From Vermamoeba vermiformis (taxonomy: Eukaryota): a stretch of 64,000 nucleotides of DNA. The stretch is taken from positions 186,001 through 250,000 of the forward strand of contig JBEWZL010000266.1 of assembly GCA_045837725.1 (NCBI GenBank). The letters run 5' to 3'. This document shows, piece after piece, positions 25,741 through 38,828 of the stretch (position 1 is the stretch's first letter; the number at the start of each line of letters is the position of its first letter). A program made the position numbers and the translations under genes. A model generated the notes under the pieces. The model did not search any database. It was given only the letters and a program-made list of their open reading frames with translations, and was not told the origin of the DNA.

Positions 25741-27342
25741 ATGGAGTCATTCAACAACTTGTTCGAGTCTCCGCTAGTGAGTGTCGATGGATTTGCCAAG
25801 ACTACGAAAGCTATTCTCGACGAAGTGCGCGCTGAACTGGATGCAGCTCCGGCACTCGACCTCGCGGATGTCAATATAGAGTGCGTGTTTGGGGTTAATA
25901 CTATTTTTAAAATTCATTCCATAATTAATAACGAATATTTTCGCTAGTTGTGACGACTTGCGTTATAGATCGCCAAAAGAGCAGATCCAAAGTGCGATCG
26001 ACGCGGCAATGGTAATTTATATTAATTGAGTGCAGCAGAAACTATCATTGACTACTTATACAGGCCGATATTGCTGACAATCCCCCTTTTACTTCACGAG
26101 GTAAGATCCACATGCTATTCTGAGAGTAGTCATTATCCTATGCTTCTCTTTCATATATACGCAGCTCCTATTAACACCGTGCACGCCCCAGACAAAGTTG
26201 ATGTCAAGACAGTGCTCGAGCGCTATCACATACCCAGCTACGAGGAGTTGTCGCGCAAGAAGAAAGAAGCGCCGCTGCACTGCATCAAGTAAGCGCCGTA
26301 ATAATACTATATTATACATATATATATAGTGCACATATTCTTGTACATTGATGCCGGTACTCGCAGACACGCACGATGGGCGGCAGAACAAACGCGGATC
26401 TTGCAGCGCAAAAAAGAAGTGAACTACTTGACTGAAAATGTCAACAGTCATCTCGATGTAAGTGTCACGTGCATTCACTGAACTGTCGATAGCTGACACG
26501 TGTCATTCACAGCCCGAGGCCCCCACGGAGCCGATCGACAGCGAGGACGTGGTGCTGTCCATCGCGCTGTATCACCCGAGCAAGAACACCAAGACGCAAG
26601 AGTACCGCGTGCTGGGCCAACAACCCCTCACGGCACTGCGCGACAAGCTGTACTGTCTCAGCGATCACATGCTCGATGGACCCAAGATCAAGAGCGGCTA
26701 CTTCTTCGTCGAGCACACCTTCTACAACGACATGCGCGATCAGAACACGGATTATTCCAAGTACGTACTTGACAGTTAATACTTGGATGATGATGACACC
26801 TGTCAAACACTCACTCTGACACGTGTCACAGGACTGTGATCGACTGGGCCGAGGAGATGAAGCGAGTGACGCGAGTGATGCGCGAGAGACACGAGGCAGT
26901 GGTGATGAAACGACCGCGCGGACTGACCAAACAACACGCGATTGGCACGTACATCATCACACCGGCCTCGACACTGCACGCTGCGGTGATGGAGAACACG
27001 CGCTTCGTGGACCTGAATCTGCGCATTGGCACGCCGTACCTGTACTGTCACCAGGGCAACTGTCTGCACCACATGATCGTGCACGAAGTGCGGCGCATTG
27101 ATCGATCGATGGACGTGCTCAACCGACTCGCCTATCCGCTGCACGTGTTCCAGTCCAAGATTCGACGCAAGAAGTGTCGCATCTGTGACACGTGTCCCGC
27201 CAAGTACGTGACGTATGGCGACAAGATGAGTCCCGAGAACCCCTGCTTCTACTGCGACAACTGCTACCGCTCCCTGCACTACGACAGCGAGGGCCGCTTG
27301 TTGTACAGCGATTACAAAGTGTTTCCGTATTATCACGAATAG
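25741..27342 (+). CDS. SNAPC3: snRNA-activating protein complex subunit 3 (SNAP50)
   Basis: QPLTALRDKLYC, SGYFFVEHTFYNDMR, LRIGTPYLYCHQGNCLH, CRIC..PENPCFYCDNCYRSLHY. Confidence 0.92.
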
Positions 27343-27422
27343 GGCTAGTTTAATATGTACATTTCAATTGCTCGCTGTATATAAATCCTCTTGTAGCATA
27401 GTGCTGGTTAAATATGACCATA

Positions 27423-27913
27423 TTAAGGCAGTTCTTTGGGTTGTTCGCGCAGTTTCTTGTAAGTGTAGCCCACGCCTGCCAGCACCGTGAACAGTTGTGC
27501 GGCCACACGCGCACGCATCATGCTGCACAGAGGGTCAGTAGTCAGCACTCATAGGACGAGGTGAATATATTCGCTGAAAAGAGCAGATCTGTTGCCAGCA
27601 ACACCTCCGCACGACTGCAGTACTCACCGTTGCGAGAGCTTAGGATCGCGCAAGTACATGGAGTAGAAGCCCACGACGAGCACTGCGGTGGTAGTTGCCA
27701 TGCCTGGATTGAGTTCAGTCAGATGGACTCCGTGTGTAACGCCATTATTATGCACAATAGAGCACGTATATATATTGGCCAATGTACTGGCAATATATGC
27801 AGTGCAGGTCACGTACCGATCGGCACCAAGGGCTGTTCTTTCATAAAGTCCCACATAGTCTTGCGACGCGGGAAGATTGAGTCATCGCCTGGCACAATAT
27901 TGTTCATATTCAT
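27423..27913 (-). CDS. HIG1-domain protein (Rcf1/HIGD family)
   Basis: KEQPLVPIG..SQRMMRARVAAQLFTV motif across three exons. Confidence 0.88.
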
Positions 27914-28106
27914 ATGCGCAGTAGTGTCTGGTGTTGAGGTGTGGTGCGCAGCTTCAATTGCAGCTAACAATGAGTGCACACGACTCCGCCAGATCGGATA
28001 ATTGTCACGTGACTGGAATTGGCAGCTAACTCCGAGGGGCGTGGTGCGAGTGAGAATAGCGACAGAGATATATATACCACACCTCGAGTACTTACCGCGT
28101 GCAATC

Positions 28107-28599
28107 ATGGTAAGTGTTGTTGCAGATGTGTCTCGAGTGATAGCTCACCCCTAGTCTGCAGTTCGGCCTATTCAAATTCCAGACCATGTTGACCGTGGTG
28201 CTGCTGATTATATGCACCTGCACCTACATACACTCCAAGTACCCGACTCTGCTCGACAGACATCAGAAAGGGTCAGTAATAATTACATTAAATTGCTGCG
28301 TCCTCACTGGACCACGCTAGCATCACGCAGCATATTTAGCAATTATAGGGCATTATATTCAATTATTTGCGCTGATTAACAACCCAATTATTATTCATGC
28401 GTGTAATTGACCTCTGACGTCAGCGCTTACAGTCCACTACAATAATAATATGTATAATAATAATCACCTGCATTATATTCACCTCTGTATTCTCAGATTG
28501 ATGGGCACGTTTTGGAAAGCAGCGCGGATCGGCGAGCGACTGAGTCCTTACGTCTCGCTGGCTTGCTTGGTGATGGGCGTGCTGGCTCTCAAAGAGTAG
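28107..28599 (+). CDS. TMEM167: Protein kish (TMEM167); first coding exon is ATG only
   Basis: [39 protein letters not shown]. Confidence 0.92.
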
Positions 28600-28708
28600 A
28601 TCATAGGTGCATATTCGGCGACACTAAGCCTATTTGTACTATTTGGTTGACTCCCAGTGCTTGTAAATAAAGTTCAATTTTGTATCAACTGCATCTACAT
28701 GAGAACAC

Positions 28709-29065
28709 ATGTCTTCATCGTGTCAAGATATACGCAGTGATTTGATAGAGTGCATCAAGCTGTCCGGATGTTTGCGTGACTCAGACTTCCACTCTTGTCT
28801 CAAATCCGATCAGCTCAAATCTGAATGCAAGTTACTGCGCACAGCGTACTTTGAATGTCGCCGCGGACAGGTACATTATATATTATAATATAGCTGCAGG
28901 ATATTAATCACATTGTATCGTCAGTTGGACATGAGGAAACGAATGCGTGGCAATGTGACGAAACACGGCGAGTCTATCTTCAATAACGAGGACTTTCAGA
29001 GCAGCAATACTAATAATACTAATAATACAAATAACAATAGCTCTAAGAACACTAAAGAGAAATAA
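28709..29065 (+). CDS. COA5: Cytochrome c oxidase assembly factor 5 (Pet191)
   Basis: MSSSCQDIRSDLIEC..ECKLLRTAYFECRRGQ|LDMRKRMRGN, twin CX9C pattern; absent from the ORF track. Confidence 0.88.
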
Positions 29066-29378
29066 GAGCAATAATTCAGATCAAATAAATATTAATATTT
29101 TTTCATTCAATTTCAGCTCTGTTAAGTTTGAACATGATTGCGCAAGCATAATAATATATCGAATGGTATATTGCGCTCAATGATACAACAATCTACGCAC
29201 TCACCACGCACGTGCTTGGATCTGTATTCGCTGCATGACAAATTTTTATTTTTCACGAATTTCACGTAAAATCAACAGCACCAGGTCAACAATTATTAAT
29301 TTCAGTCAACTATTGAGGCACAGAGTACAGCACCACTCGACTCTATTAGCACTGAATTATTAATTTCAAGACTGGCTG

Positions 29379-29884
29379 ATGGATTTGGAGGAATTGTCGA
29401 CCAAGATCACCACCAAGCTGTATTTAGAGAACAAACGCCGATATAGCTGCAAATACTTTCATTATTTAAATATGGAACGCGTTAAAGAGAGGAAAAAGCA
29501 GCTACCAAACACTAATAATAATAACAACAATAATACTCCGAATTTTGCGAATAATCAAAATGCAGCGCAATTAACCACTCACAATGTGCCTAGTAATCAA
29601 CGTAATGAATATAATAACAATTATAGCGCTGGAAATAATTTCTCAGATTCAGATCAAGAAATGAGTCGGTAAGTGGATCCATTTGCATTCGAGTCAAAAA
29701 ACCGAGCAGAGTTCTTTTTAATTATGTCATATACGTATTACAAACATATCGTGTATTTCCCCTTAGTTACTTACGTGTTTGCAGGACGGATGCAGATCAA
29801 GCTCTTGAAGACGACATCTCGTTCTTGGTGGAGCACTTTCATGTCGAAGAGACAGAACCTACTTACATGCCTTATATATGCTGA
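29379..29884 (+). CDS. Small hypothetical protein, Asn-rich middle, ends YMPYIC
   Basis: ORF 29379 joined through a GT-AG intron to DADQALEDDISFLVEHFHVEETEPTYMPYIC*. Confidence 0.5.
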
Positions 29885-30127
29885 TCATCGGCTGCTGGCT
29901 GTGCTGCGATCGTGGCTGTCACTCTTGCAGTCACTTGTACATTGTGTTGATTAGTCGCTCGTGTAATTTGTACAGAATAGAATCAAAACTAAATACCATT
30001 ACATTCACTGAACGAGATTCACTGAACAAAGGTCACGAGGTCAGTTCTGAGCAGCAGTCGATTCATTCACATGTGTTTTATGTACAAGTTCAATATACAG
30101 AGGTTAGAGATAGAGTTACAAATGCAC

Positions 30128-31916
30128 TCAGCTGTGCGGCACTGAGTCGCTGTCACTGCTGTCGCTGCTGTCACTGCTGTCACTCGGTGCCATCGTCATT
30201 GTGCTCAGCGCGGCATTGCTTAGCGGGGTTGTGGCAGGGTTGGTCGCCCCAGCGGCGGTATTGCTACCAGTGGTATTGCTGTTGCTTGGAGTGGCTTCGA
30301 GCGGTAGTGTCGTGGCGTGACTGAGTGTCGTGCTGTGGTGGTCTTCAGTGGTGGGCGTGGCAGTGGTGTTGACACTAGTGCTGGTGGCACTGTTGGGGGT
30401 GTTGGGGCTGATCACGGCGTTTGGTGAGCTATTTTTAGCATCAACTGCAGCACTGGGTGCTTTGATTTTGATGCGAATGGATGGTCGAGTGATAGGTGTG
30501 ACAGGTGTCACTGGGGTGACATTTGAATTATTCCGCTGCGTGTCAAGGGTCGTTGAGTCGTGTGGAATGATGTTTGACGCTTCTTGTGACGCGTAACTGA
30601 CAGGTGGAGGGGCAACTGACTGCAACACCTCGTTTGACACTGGATTTGACAGGTCAGTTGACACGTGTCGCTTGTTCTGTCCCTCGTCCTCCTCGTCAGC
30701 TCGTTTTCTCTTGCGCGCAGTGACATCACGCCGCGCATTGCGGGCAGCAATGAGTTCAGGGTGCTGCTGATAATAACTCGCGAGGTAGTGTTCGCGATCA
30801 GTGCGGTACTGCATCATATTCGCACTCAACATGTGCTTCAACTTGCGGTACTGTTGCTTGTACAGCTGCACCAGATTTGACAGGTGTGTCTTGCGGCGTG
30901 TCACGAATTCTTTTTCAGTCATGGTGTTGACAGTACTGCAAATGACACGTGTCAATCAGCGACTCGCGCGGATATCAAGACGTACCTCAAATAGTCATCC
31001 ACGAGCTCAAACTGTCGTTGTGTCACATCGTGCGAGCCCTCAGTCAGGGCTGTCACTGGCTCAGGGTCTGCGCGCTCAAAATAGATCACGCCATTCATGA
31101 AATCCGTGTCGGAGTGCTGCGCGGTGATTGCTGCCACCTCTTCGTCGTCGTCTTCACTCGCCACGGACGACGAGTCACTCTCCTCTTTGTGCTCACTCGC
31201 AGCATGCACACCGTGACTCGTGTTGGTGTTGTTAGCTGTGTTAGTGTTGGCAGCACGAGGGGCAGTGGTGTCAGTGTGCGTGCTGCTCACTCCGACCTCG
31301 CGCAACACTTGCTGCAAGCGACGACGTGAAGCCAAGTGTTCAGGACTGGGCTCGTGTCGTTCAAGTGGCACGTCATCGAGTGTCATCACTGTGCTGACTG
31401 GCACGTGACTCACTGGACTGAACTGCTGTGAGGGCTTTTTGCCTTTTTTGGCACTGACAGATCCGGGAGTTGTGAGGCCGAGTGCTTGACGATGAAACAC
31501 GCAGTATCTATACGACAATATAGATCACTATTAATCGCGTGTACAATAAATAGGACGCGTGGAAAAGTACCTCGGATCAGGATCAGCGAGTGCGACAGGA
31601 TTGGTGCACTGTTTGTTGGACTTGGGATTGACGTTGTCGCATTGCTTGAAGGGTGCAGCAGGGTCTTCGAGGATGTGTTTGGCGCAGAAGCCATAGCCCT
31701 CCATGCGTCTGCGAACTGTTAGTGTACTGGCTTCGGATCTGCTTTCAACACCAGCTGCAGCAGTGATACGTACTTCTGATGGCAGATCTTAAGGCTGTAG
31801 CTGCATAATAACTTTCCGTCAGCATTGCGATGAATATTCGTCCCCTCTCGGGGGTGACGGATCGGAGGCTCGCCGTTACTGTCCTCCAGCGAGAGATCGA
31901 TTAGCATGGTACTCAT
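30128..31916 (-). CDS. zf-C3Hc3H protein, KANSL2/INO80D-like chromatin complex subunit
   Basis: LCSYSLKIC..GYGFCAKHILEDPAAPFKQC..CTNPV..RYCVFH; later RRKTHLSNLVQLYKQQY helix. Confidence 0.75.
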
Positions 31917-32375
31917 CTAAAAATAGGACAATATTATTATAAGCATGATAGCAGATGTTAGTATTCGTAATCCGCTAAACAGATTTTTAAGAAAATTAAA
32001 GAATATTTTTAAAAATAAAATTATTCGGAATAAATTTGTAGGGCTTAAAAAGCTTTCAAATACATATATAAATCAATTAAAAAATATATTTGCCTTTTTA
32101 ATAATTTATTGAGCCACTTTAACGAGATTGTTGCATACCTCGAACAGTTCGGAATATTAACCAGTATCAGACTCGAGACTATAGCTAGCGAATAAATAAC
32201 GCCTTATATATATATTACAACAATATTCGCCGTATCTTTATAGTGTTTGTACTGCGCTGAATAACTAATGGACAATTCGTCGCAGCAATTTTCAGTTTAA
32301 TTTCGAGTGCAGCACCAGAACTCGGCCTAGTACCACAACAGCTGGCGATAATAGATCTCAAATAGCACTTCAAAT

Positions 32376-32958
32376 ATGCCGAAGCGATCATGTACGTAAG
32401 CAAAAAACTGTTAACCATTCGATCTAACGATCTGATCGCAGACAAGAAGGGAGAAGTGCTCAAGGAGCGCGAGAAGAAAAAAGCCAAAAAACAACAAGTA
32501 GTACCTCCGACTAAGGACAGCAAATGGCTTGTTAATGGCGCTGAAGTCGAATCTGCTCAAAAAAATAATACCAATAATAACAATAATAATATGGAAGATA
32601 ATAATGTCGAGGTTGAGGAGACAATGGATACTACTAACTCCGTTGCCACAAAGCCAACAACAACTACTACCAACCCTGAATTAAAAGATCTGTTCGCGTT
32701 GAAATACAAGTAAGTTGCGATCAGATCCAGAAGTGATCGAAACAAATACCGATATAATACAGGAACTAATATTCACGCAGCAACACGATCACATTAACTG
32801 CGAACAAAGATAAAAAACCCTTGTCGCGCAAGCAGAAAGCAAAGAAAGCCAAAGCGATCACGCGTGCGATCAACTACCGCGAACAATTAGACAACAAAAA
32901 AGTACTCAAATCGCAACGTCATTCGCGCCGAGACCGCTGGAAGAACTTGTACAATTAA
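32376..32958 (+). CDS. Small basic protein, Alb1/Ecm1-like 60S biogenesis factor
   Basis: MPKRS start; C-terminal LSRKQKAKKAKAITRAINYREQLDNKK..RRDRWKNLY. Confidence 0.55.
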
Positions 32959-33063
32959 TTGGGATCGCTAGTACTCGCATTGTGTAATAAACGTCATCAT
33001 CTTGTCAATCGAGCAGATCTGCAAGACATTCTATGGTACACGACTATATTACATGTTTATTAT

Positions 33064-36000
33064 TTACGACTTGTCATTTAACAACGCTTGCTGCTGTGTT
33101 TGCCAAAATTTGATTTTCTAAATAAGGCAATCGAATCGTTAGTCACGTGCTCACCACGAGTTCAGCCAGGTACGTACCTCGCGAAAGGGCGTGAGAGTGG
33201 CGTTGACAGTGCTCGCGCGCTCATTGTACACGGCACGAATCTCATCACGCTGCTTGAACAGCTGTTGTTTGCGCTCACTCAGCGAGGCCGTGCCTGCCAG
33301 CAGTTCAAACTCGCGCTTGGGGGACTGTTTGAGCTCCACTCTCGGCGTACCACTGCTGTCACTGCTCTTCGGACTCTCGGCACGGCCACTGTCACGTGTC
33401 GGACTGCCACTGGCTCGCTTGGGAGTGCTAGGTGCTTCCATGACACGTGTCACGTGCTCGCCCAAGTAGCGCCGCTCGAGCTGTTGAGCCCAGTGTTCGG
33501 GTGTCTGTGTGGATGTCAGTCCTGTCACGTGATCACTGACCACGGTCCTACCTGTGCTTGACGGAGCTCAGCTTCGAGCACGCGAACAGACTCGGTGAGC
33601 TGATGCACTTGTGACTTGACGCGCTGGTACTCGCTGTCCAGTCGTGTCTTGTTCGCATCGATCGTGTGGTGCGCTGTCTCTTCTTCGTGCAACTTCTTCT
33701 TGAGTTCACTGGCCTTGACAGTCATCAGATTGACACGTGTCACATCGGTCTCGATCAGCAGTTGACTCTGCACGTCATTGTTCTCTTTGAGCAGATTGGT
33801 GATCCATCGACTGCGCACGGCTGCTTCTTTGTCGAGACGTGCTCTGAACACGTGTCAGATATTGCCTAATTTGGACTGAACTATATTTAGACTCACCGAG
33901 ATTGTAGCAGTTCACGCAACTTTGCTTGACATTTTTGCAGTTGTTTTTCGAAGTTGTCTTTCATTTGCATCATCTCCACACGCGACTTGATCTCCTCTTG
34001 CATCTCCTGCTGAATTTGCGCAATGATTGGTCCAGATTGAGCTCCGAGATGTTGTTCAATCTTTGCACGCAGTTGCAATTGTTTTTCCGCCAAGACTTCT
34101 TTCCACTGCGACACCTGCAAAGAGCTGTCAGAATGAATGTGACGTGACAGGTGTCAATCAGCGTACCTCGCGCGTGACTCGATTCTTGCCGATGAGTCGC
34201 TCGTTCTTCGCACGCAAGGCATCCACGCGGCGCTTCCAAGTCTTGACTGCGTCAGTGAGCTGTTTGACACTGCCTTCGCGCTTGACACGCTCTTCGGTGA
34301 CACTTTGCAACTGTTGTTCGCTCTGTGACACGTGTCAGTCAACAGTCAATCACGTGGCACCAAGTACTGTACCTGCTCGAGTTTCACAGCTAGTTGCGAC
34401 TGCTGTTCAGTGAACGAGGTGATGTCGCGCTCAATGGCACTCAGCGCAGCACTCAACTCCGCGGGCTGATGGGACTCGTCACGTGACACTGCTGTCACTT
34501 CAAAAGGACTGCCGAACACGTGCTGATACACGCCACTGCTGTCCAACAACTGCACTGACAGCACTAACTTGCCCTTGCAGTGTGCCGTGTAGTTCACTGC
34601 ATAATGGCCTGTCTGCAAATCTGTCACGCGCACTGTTTGCGAGATCTTTGCACTCTCATCGCTGGCCACACTGCTCGGCTCAGCGGTGACAGGTGTGTTG
34701 ACAGGCGTGGCATCTGTCACGTGTGGCGAGTCACGTGACGGCGAATTGAGTTCTTCATCGAGCTCCTCGTCATCGAGGGCAGTGAGTTCGCGCTCCTCAG
34801 TCCAGGCCTCGTCGTCTTGCACCTGTTCGATCAGTGTGTTCACATCCACCGCGCTCTGTCCGGCACTCACATACGCGACACTCACTGACAGCACTGCACC
34901 ACCGCGCTGCACGGCATTGTCGAACAGATCACGTGTCACTACAGTGAACTGCGTCTCTTCATCGACCAGGGCCACACACGTGCCCAGGCCAGTGCAGTAC
35001 GAGGTGTGTGGATCGCACTCTGTGGCTTGCACGTGAATCACTGGCAGACACGTGTCAAAGGACTCGGTGGACAGCTCGTCAAATGTGACGCGCAGCTGAT
35101 AGGTGCCTGCGACCTCTGTTTGAAACGTGCAAATATAGCTCTGTGGACCACGTGATTGGACCTCGCAAGGGACGGTGATTGGACCCACCAGTGCAACACT
35201 CGGAGTGACACCTGTCACATCGGCACTCGTGCTGTACGTCAGTTCGAATGCTGTCGGGCTGTTGACAGGTGCGCCGTTCATGAAACACGGCCCAGTGACA
35301 TCTAACTTGTCCACTCGCGGTTGTGCTGCAAACATGTCAGTTACGCCGTTGACAGGTGTCACAGTATCGCGATATTTACCCGTGAGCAGATTGCGCAAGT
35401 ACTTGAGCACGACTACACGCCCCCGCGAACAGAGTGCAATGGGTGGCACGAGCAGTGGATTGTAGTCGAGCTGCAGCACGAGCAGGTCGGTCAGTCGTGC
35501 CAGGGAGGGCGGCAACTTCTCAATGTCGTTGTGCTGCAGCTCCAAGCGACGCAGTGCTGTCAAGTGATCGATGGTGACGGGCACGTGCTTCAAGTGATTG
35601 TGCCCGAGCTTCAACTCGCGCAAGTGCACCAGCTTGGCAATGTCAGGCGGCAAGTGCGTGAGGTGATTGTTGCTGAGATCGAGTTCTACGAGCTGTGTCA
35701 GTGTGAACAGCGCTGCGTGTGTCTCGAACAGCTGATTGCTGCCCACACGGAGCACTTTCAACTGCTGCAACTGCGCCAGCTGCGCACTGACCGCGGTCAA
35801 CTTGTTGCGACTGAGCGTGAGTTCGGTGAGGGAGCTCAGTTCGCACAGGTACGCGGGCACTTTGTCGAGCTGATTGCGGTACAAGTTGACGCTGCGCAGT
35901 GGTGTGCGGTGCTGGGCCAGGGCTGACAGCTCACTCGGCAAGCGGTGCAAGTGACAGTTGGACAGATCGAGCTGTCCTGTGCGCGCGGCACGTGATACGC

Positions 36001-36757
36001 GTGCAGTGACATCCTCTTCCACGCGCACTGCACCCTCCACGTGACTGGCACTCAGCACGGCACTGCGCGGTGTCAGGGCAGTGCTATTTTTAGCGCCAGT
36101 TGGCTCGCTCTTGGAGGGCAGTTTCAAGTGATTGCGCGCCTGTCCGTCACGTGATCGCACTGCCGCGAGGGCCGTACGATAGGCACTCATCGTGGTGGGG
36201 GTCAGTGACATTGTGCCACCACCCGCGGACTGCTCGGCGCGGTGGATGTTGTACAGTCTGCGCACTGGTGCTGCGCGCGGTGCAGCGGTCTTGGAGGATT
36301 GACTCCAGGGCAGTATCTTCTTGTCTATAAATGGCAATGTTAATGTTGTTAGCACGACTCAATAGCACATCCAATTCTCCAGTCACATACCGCGATAATT
36401 CTTGTAAATATCACTGTTGAGGAAGTCAGTCAGCACAGTGTCTGCCATGTACTTCATCGCTGCGTTGTAAGCACCCACAAACAGATCTGCTTTCGGAGTT
36501 TTGATACTCCTCGTAATATCATCGATCACGCTAGCTGCGAGCTCTATATAATTTTTTGCATTTTTTTGAATATAACGGCGAAAGATCTCTTGCGCCAAGT
36601 CTTGCCGCCAATTTTCATCTTGAGAGTCATAGCTCTGCTTGTAGTCCTCGACTTCCAATATGAATTTTAAATAGGCAATATTTTTAGATTTGATCAGGTA
36701 GTGGTCTAATAGCGCGCACTTGGTCGTATCTTTCAGTATTTTCTTTAACTCCTCCAT
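33064..36757 (-). CDS. RGS + leucine-rich repeats + filamin-type Ig repeats + coiled-coil protein
   Basis: RGS (LKFILEVEDYK, AQEIFRRYI, FLNSDIYK); LRR (LDLSNNHLTHLP etc.); filamin repeats (FTVVTRDLFDN, HVFGSPFEV); heptad-rich tail. Confidence 0.8.
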
Positions 36758-36947
36758 TCAGATCTGTTCACACGCTGGCCATCTTTTATTTGAGCGACAG
36801 TAATTAAAAGCACATATATATGTATGTTTGTTCTTAAGAGCGTCAATAAACAAATCGTCAAAATCCTCCGCTTGATTTCGGCACGCCTATATTTAGCACA
36901 ACCGATGAGCACGTGATACTTCCAAATATGGATACGGCCGCTGAGAT

Positions 36948-38711
36948 CTATTCCTGTTCTGGTTCCTCGTGTGCAGGTCTGTCCGCTCTGTTCGGCTGCA
37001 AGTGCACTCTGCCGCGCAGTTTGGCACAGCCGTAATAGACGAGCACGAGCTGTTTGAGTTCGTTGTAGCCCTGTTCGCCACTCACGCGCAGCCACTCCTC
37101 CAGTTCACTGCGCAGACGTCGCTCGCTCAACAGTTGCACGCGCAGTCCTCGGGCCACCAGGGCTTCGGCGACTTGTTCCGTGGTCAAGCTGTTCACGCCC
37201 TCACGTCTCAAGTACTGCGAACAGAACGCGGTGAGACAAGTGCTGCATTGGAGTGCCTGAGACACGTACCTTGTCGTCCTCTTGCAGCTCTGCAAAGTGT
37301 TTCTCGAACATTTTCACTGCCCAAGCGTGCGGCCAGAATGTTGTCAAAGGTCTGCAAATGACACGTGTCAAACACTAGCTGCACAAATATTTTCTATATA
37401 TTGTACTTACTTGCGCACATTGAGGGCTGCGAGCACAGCTTTGAGTTGTGAACTACTCCACACTTCAGGGGACACACGGTCAAATCCCCGCGCAATCTCC
37501 CGCTCGATGTCACTCACCCACGCACCAGTCACGGGGAATTGCTAATGACAGGTGTCAACAAAGTGTCACAAAGGTGTCACATCTGACTTACGTCACGGAT
37601 TCGCAGCAGAGTTTTCATTTGCAGAGCAGTGGTGGAGTGGTGGTGCAAATAATACGACTGCCAGTACCGAGTGCGCGCCAAGACATCATCAATGAGGGGC
37701 TGTGACACGTGTCAAACACTGATCAGCAAGCACGTGACTTACCTTAGAGCCGAGTTTGAATGTGGACGGCAAGTAGCTGGGGTAAGTGACGAGCACGAAG
37801 GGCAGCCAATAGACTGAGAGCGGCAACAGCTTCCACATGACCAAAATAGGCAATATTTTGCGCGCATCGGCGTAGAATTGGCTAAATAGGGAATTAGTTG
37901 AGCTAAAGTGACAGCTGTCAAACCGAGGTCTCTACCGTTCAAAGTGATATTCTTCGCGTGTCATTTCACGATTTTCTTCGCTGTTCAGTGAATCACATGT
38001 CAGACAAGCCGACTACTAAATAAGGCAATAGTACTCACGCGACACGCTGTTGCAGTGCGCGGACAGTGCGCCAGTTGAAGTAGAGTCCTTTGAGTCCAGC
38101 TGCCAAGTCCTGAATGAAGCGCAGCAGTCGGCGCATGATGAATGCGATCTTGCCGCCCAACTAGCGACAATAGGCACGTGAATACTAGGCATCTATAGGT
38201 CACTCGAGCACCGTACCTTGCGCGATTTGAACTGGTCCCAAGTGTCAGGTCTGGGTCTGTATCGATCGATGAATGTTCTGACAGGCGACAGTGGCGTGTA
38301 GCGCTGCAGACTCATCATGCGCAGTCGCATCGTGTGGCGCAGCATCATCAACTTCTCGCGCACCGTGTAGCCGATGGAGATCTGACGAGCTTGTACGAAA
38401 GGTGATGTGCGGGTAATATGTTGATGTGTATGTGCAGGGTTAGATTGAAATAATGTGACTTGTCGAGTGGATCTGCGATCTGAAAACAAATGAGTTCATT
38501 TTAAAAATTACGATAATTATCGTTTCTCTGGCAGCTGCATGTATTTACCTTTGTTATTATTTTTCAGGGTGCTAAAAAATATTGGCTTATTTGTTGGTGA
38601 CAGTGTCGTTGCAACGGATCTGCCAAACAGGATCTGACCCTTGCAAGGCTTTAGAGGACTGCTAGTGGTCATCACAGTACTTCTAGTACACGTAGATATT
38701 ATCCGCCACAT
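36948..38711 (-). CDS. LETM1-domain mitochondrial protein (LETMD1-like)
   Basis: Presequence-like N-terminus; YLPSTFK after a hydrophobic segment; YLRREGVNSLTTEQVAEALVARGL..LRSELEEWL. Confidence 0.75.
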
Positions 38712-38828
38712 GATTGTCGTGGTGGTGTTCCGTCACTTTATTTGGATCAATTTGGCGCCTTTTGGCAACAAGCATTTGAAGTGCTCGAACAGCGTGAGGA
38801 CCACAAATCAGCTTGTTAAACACACATT

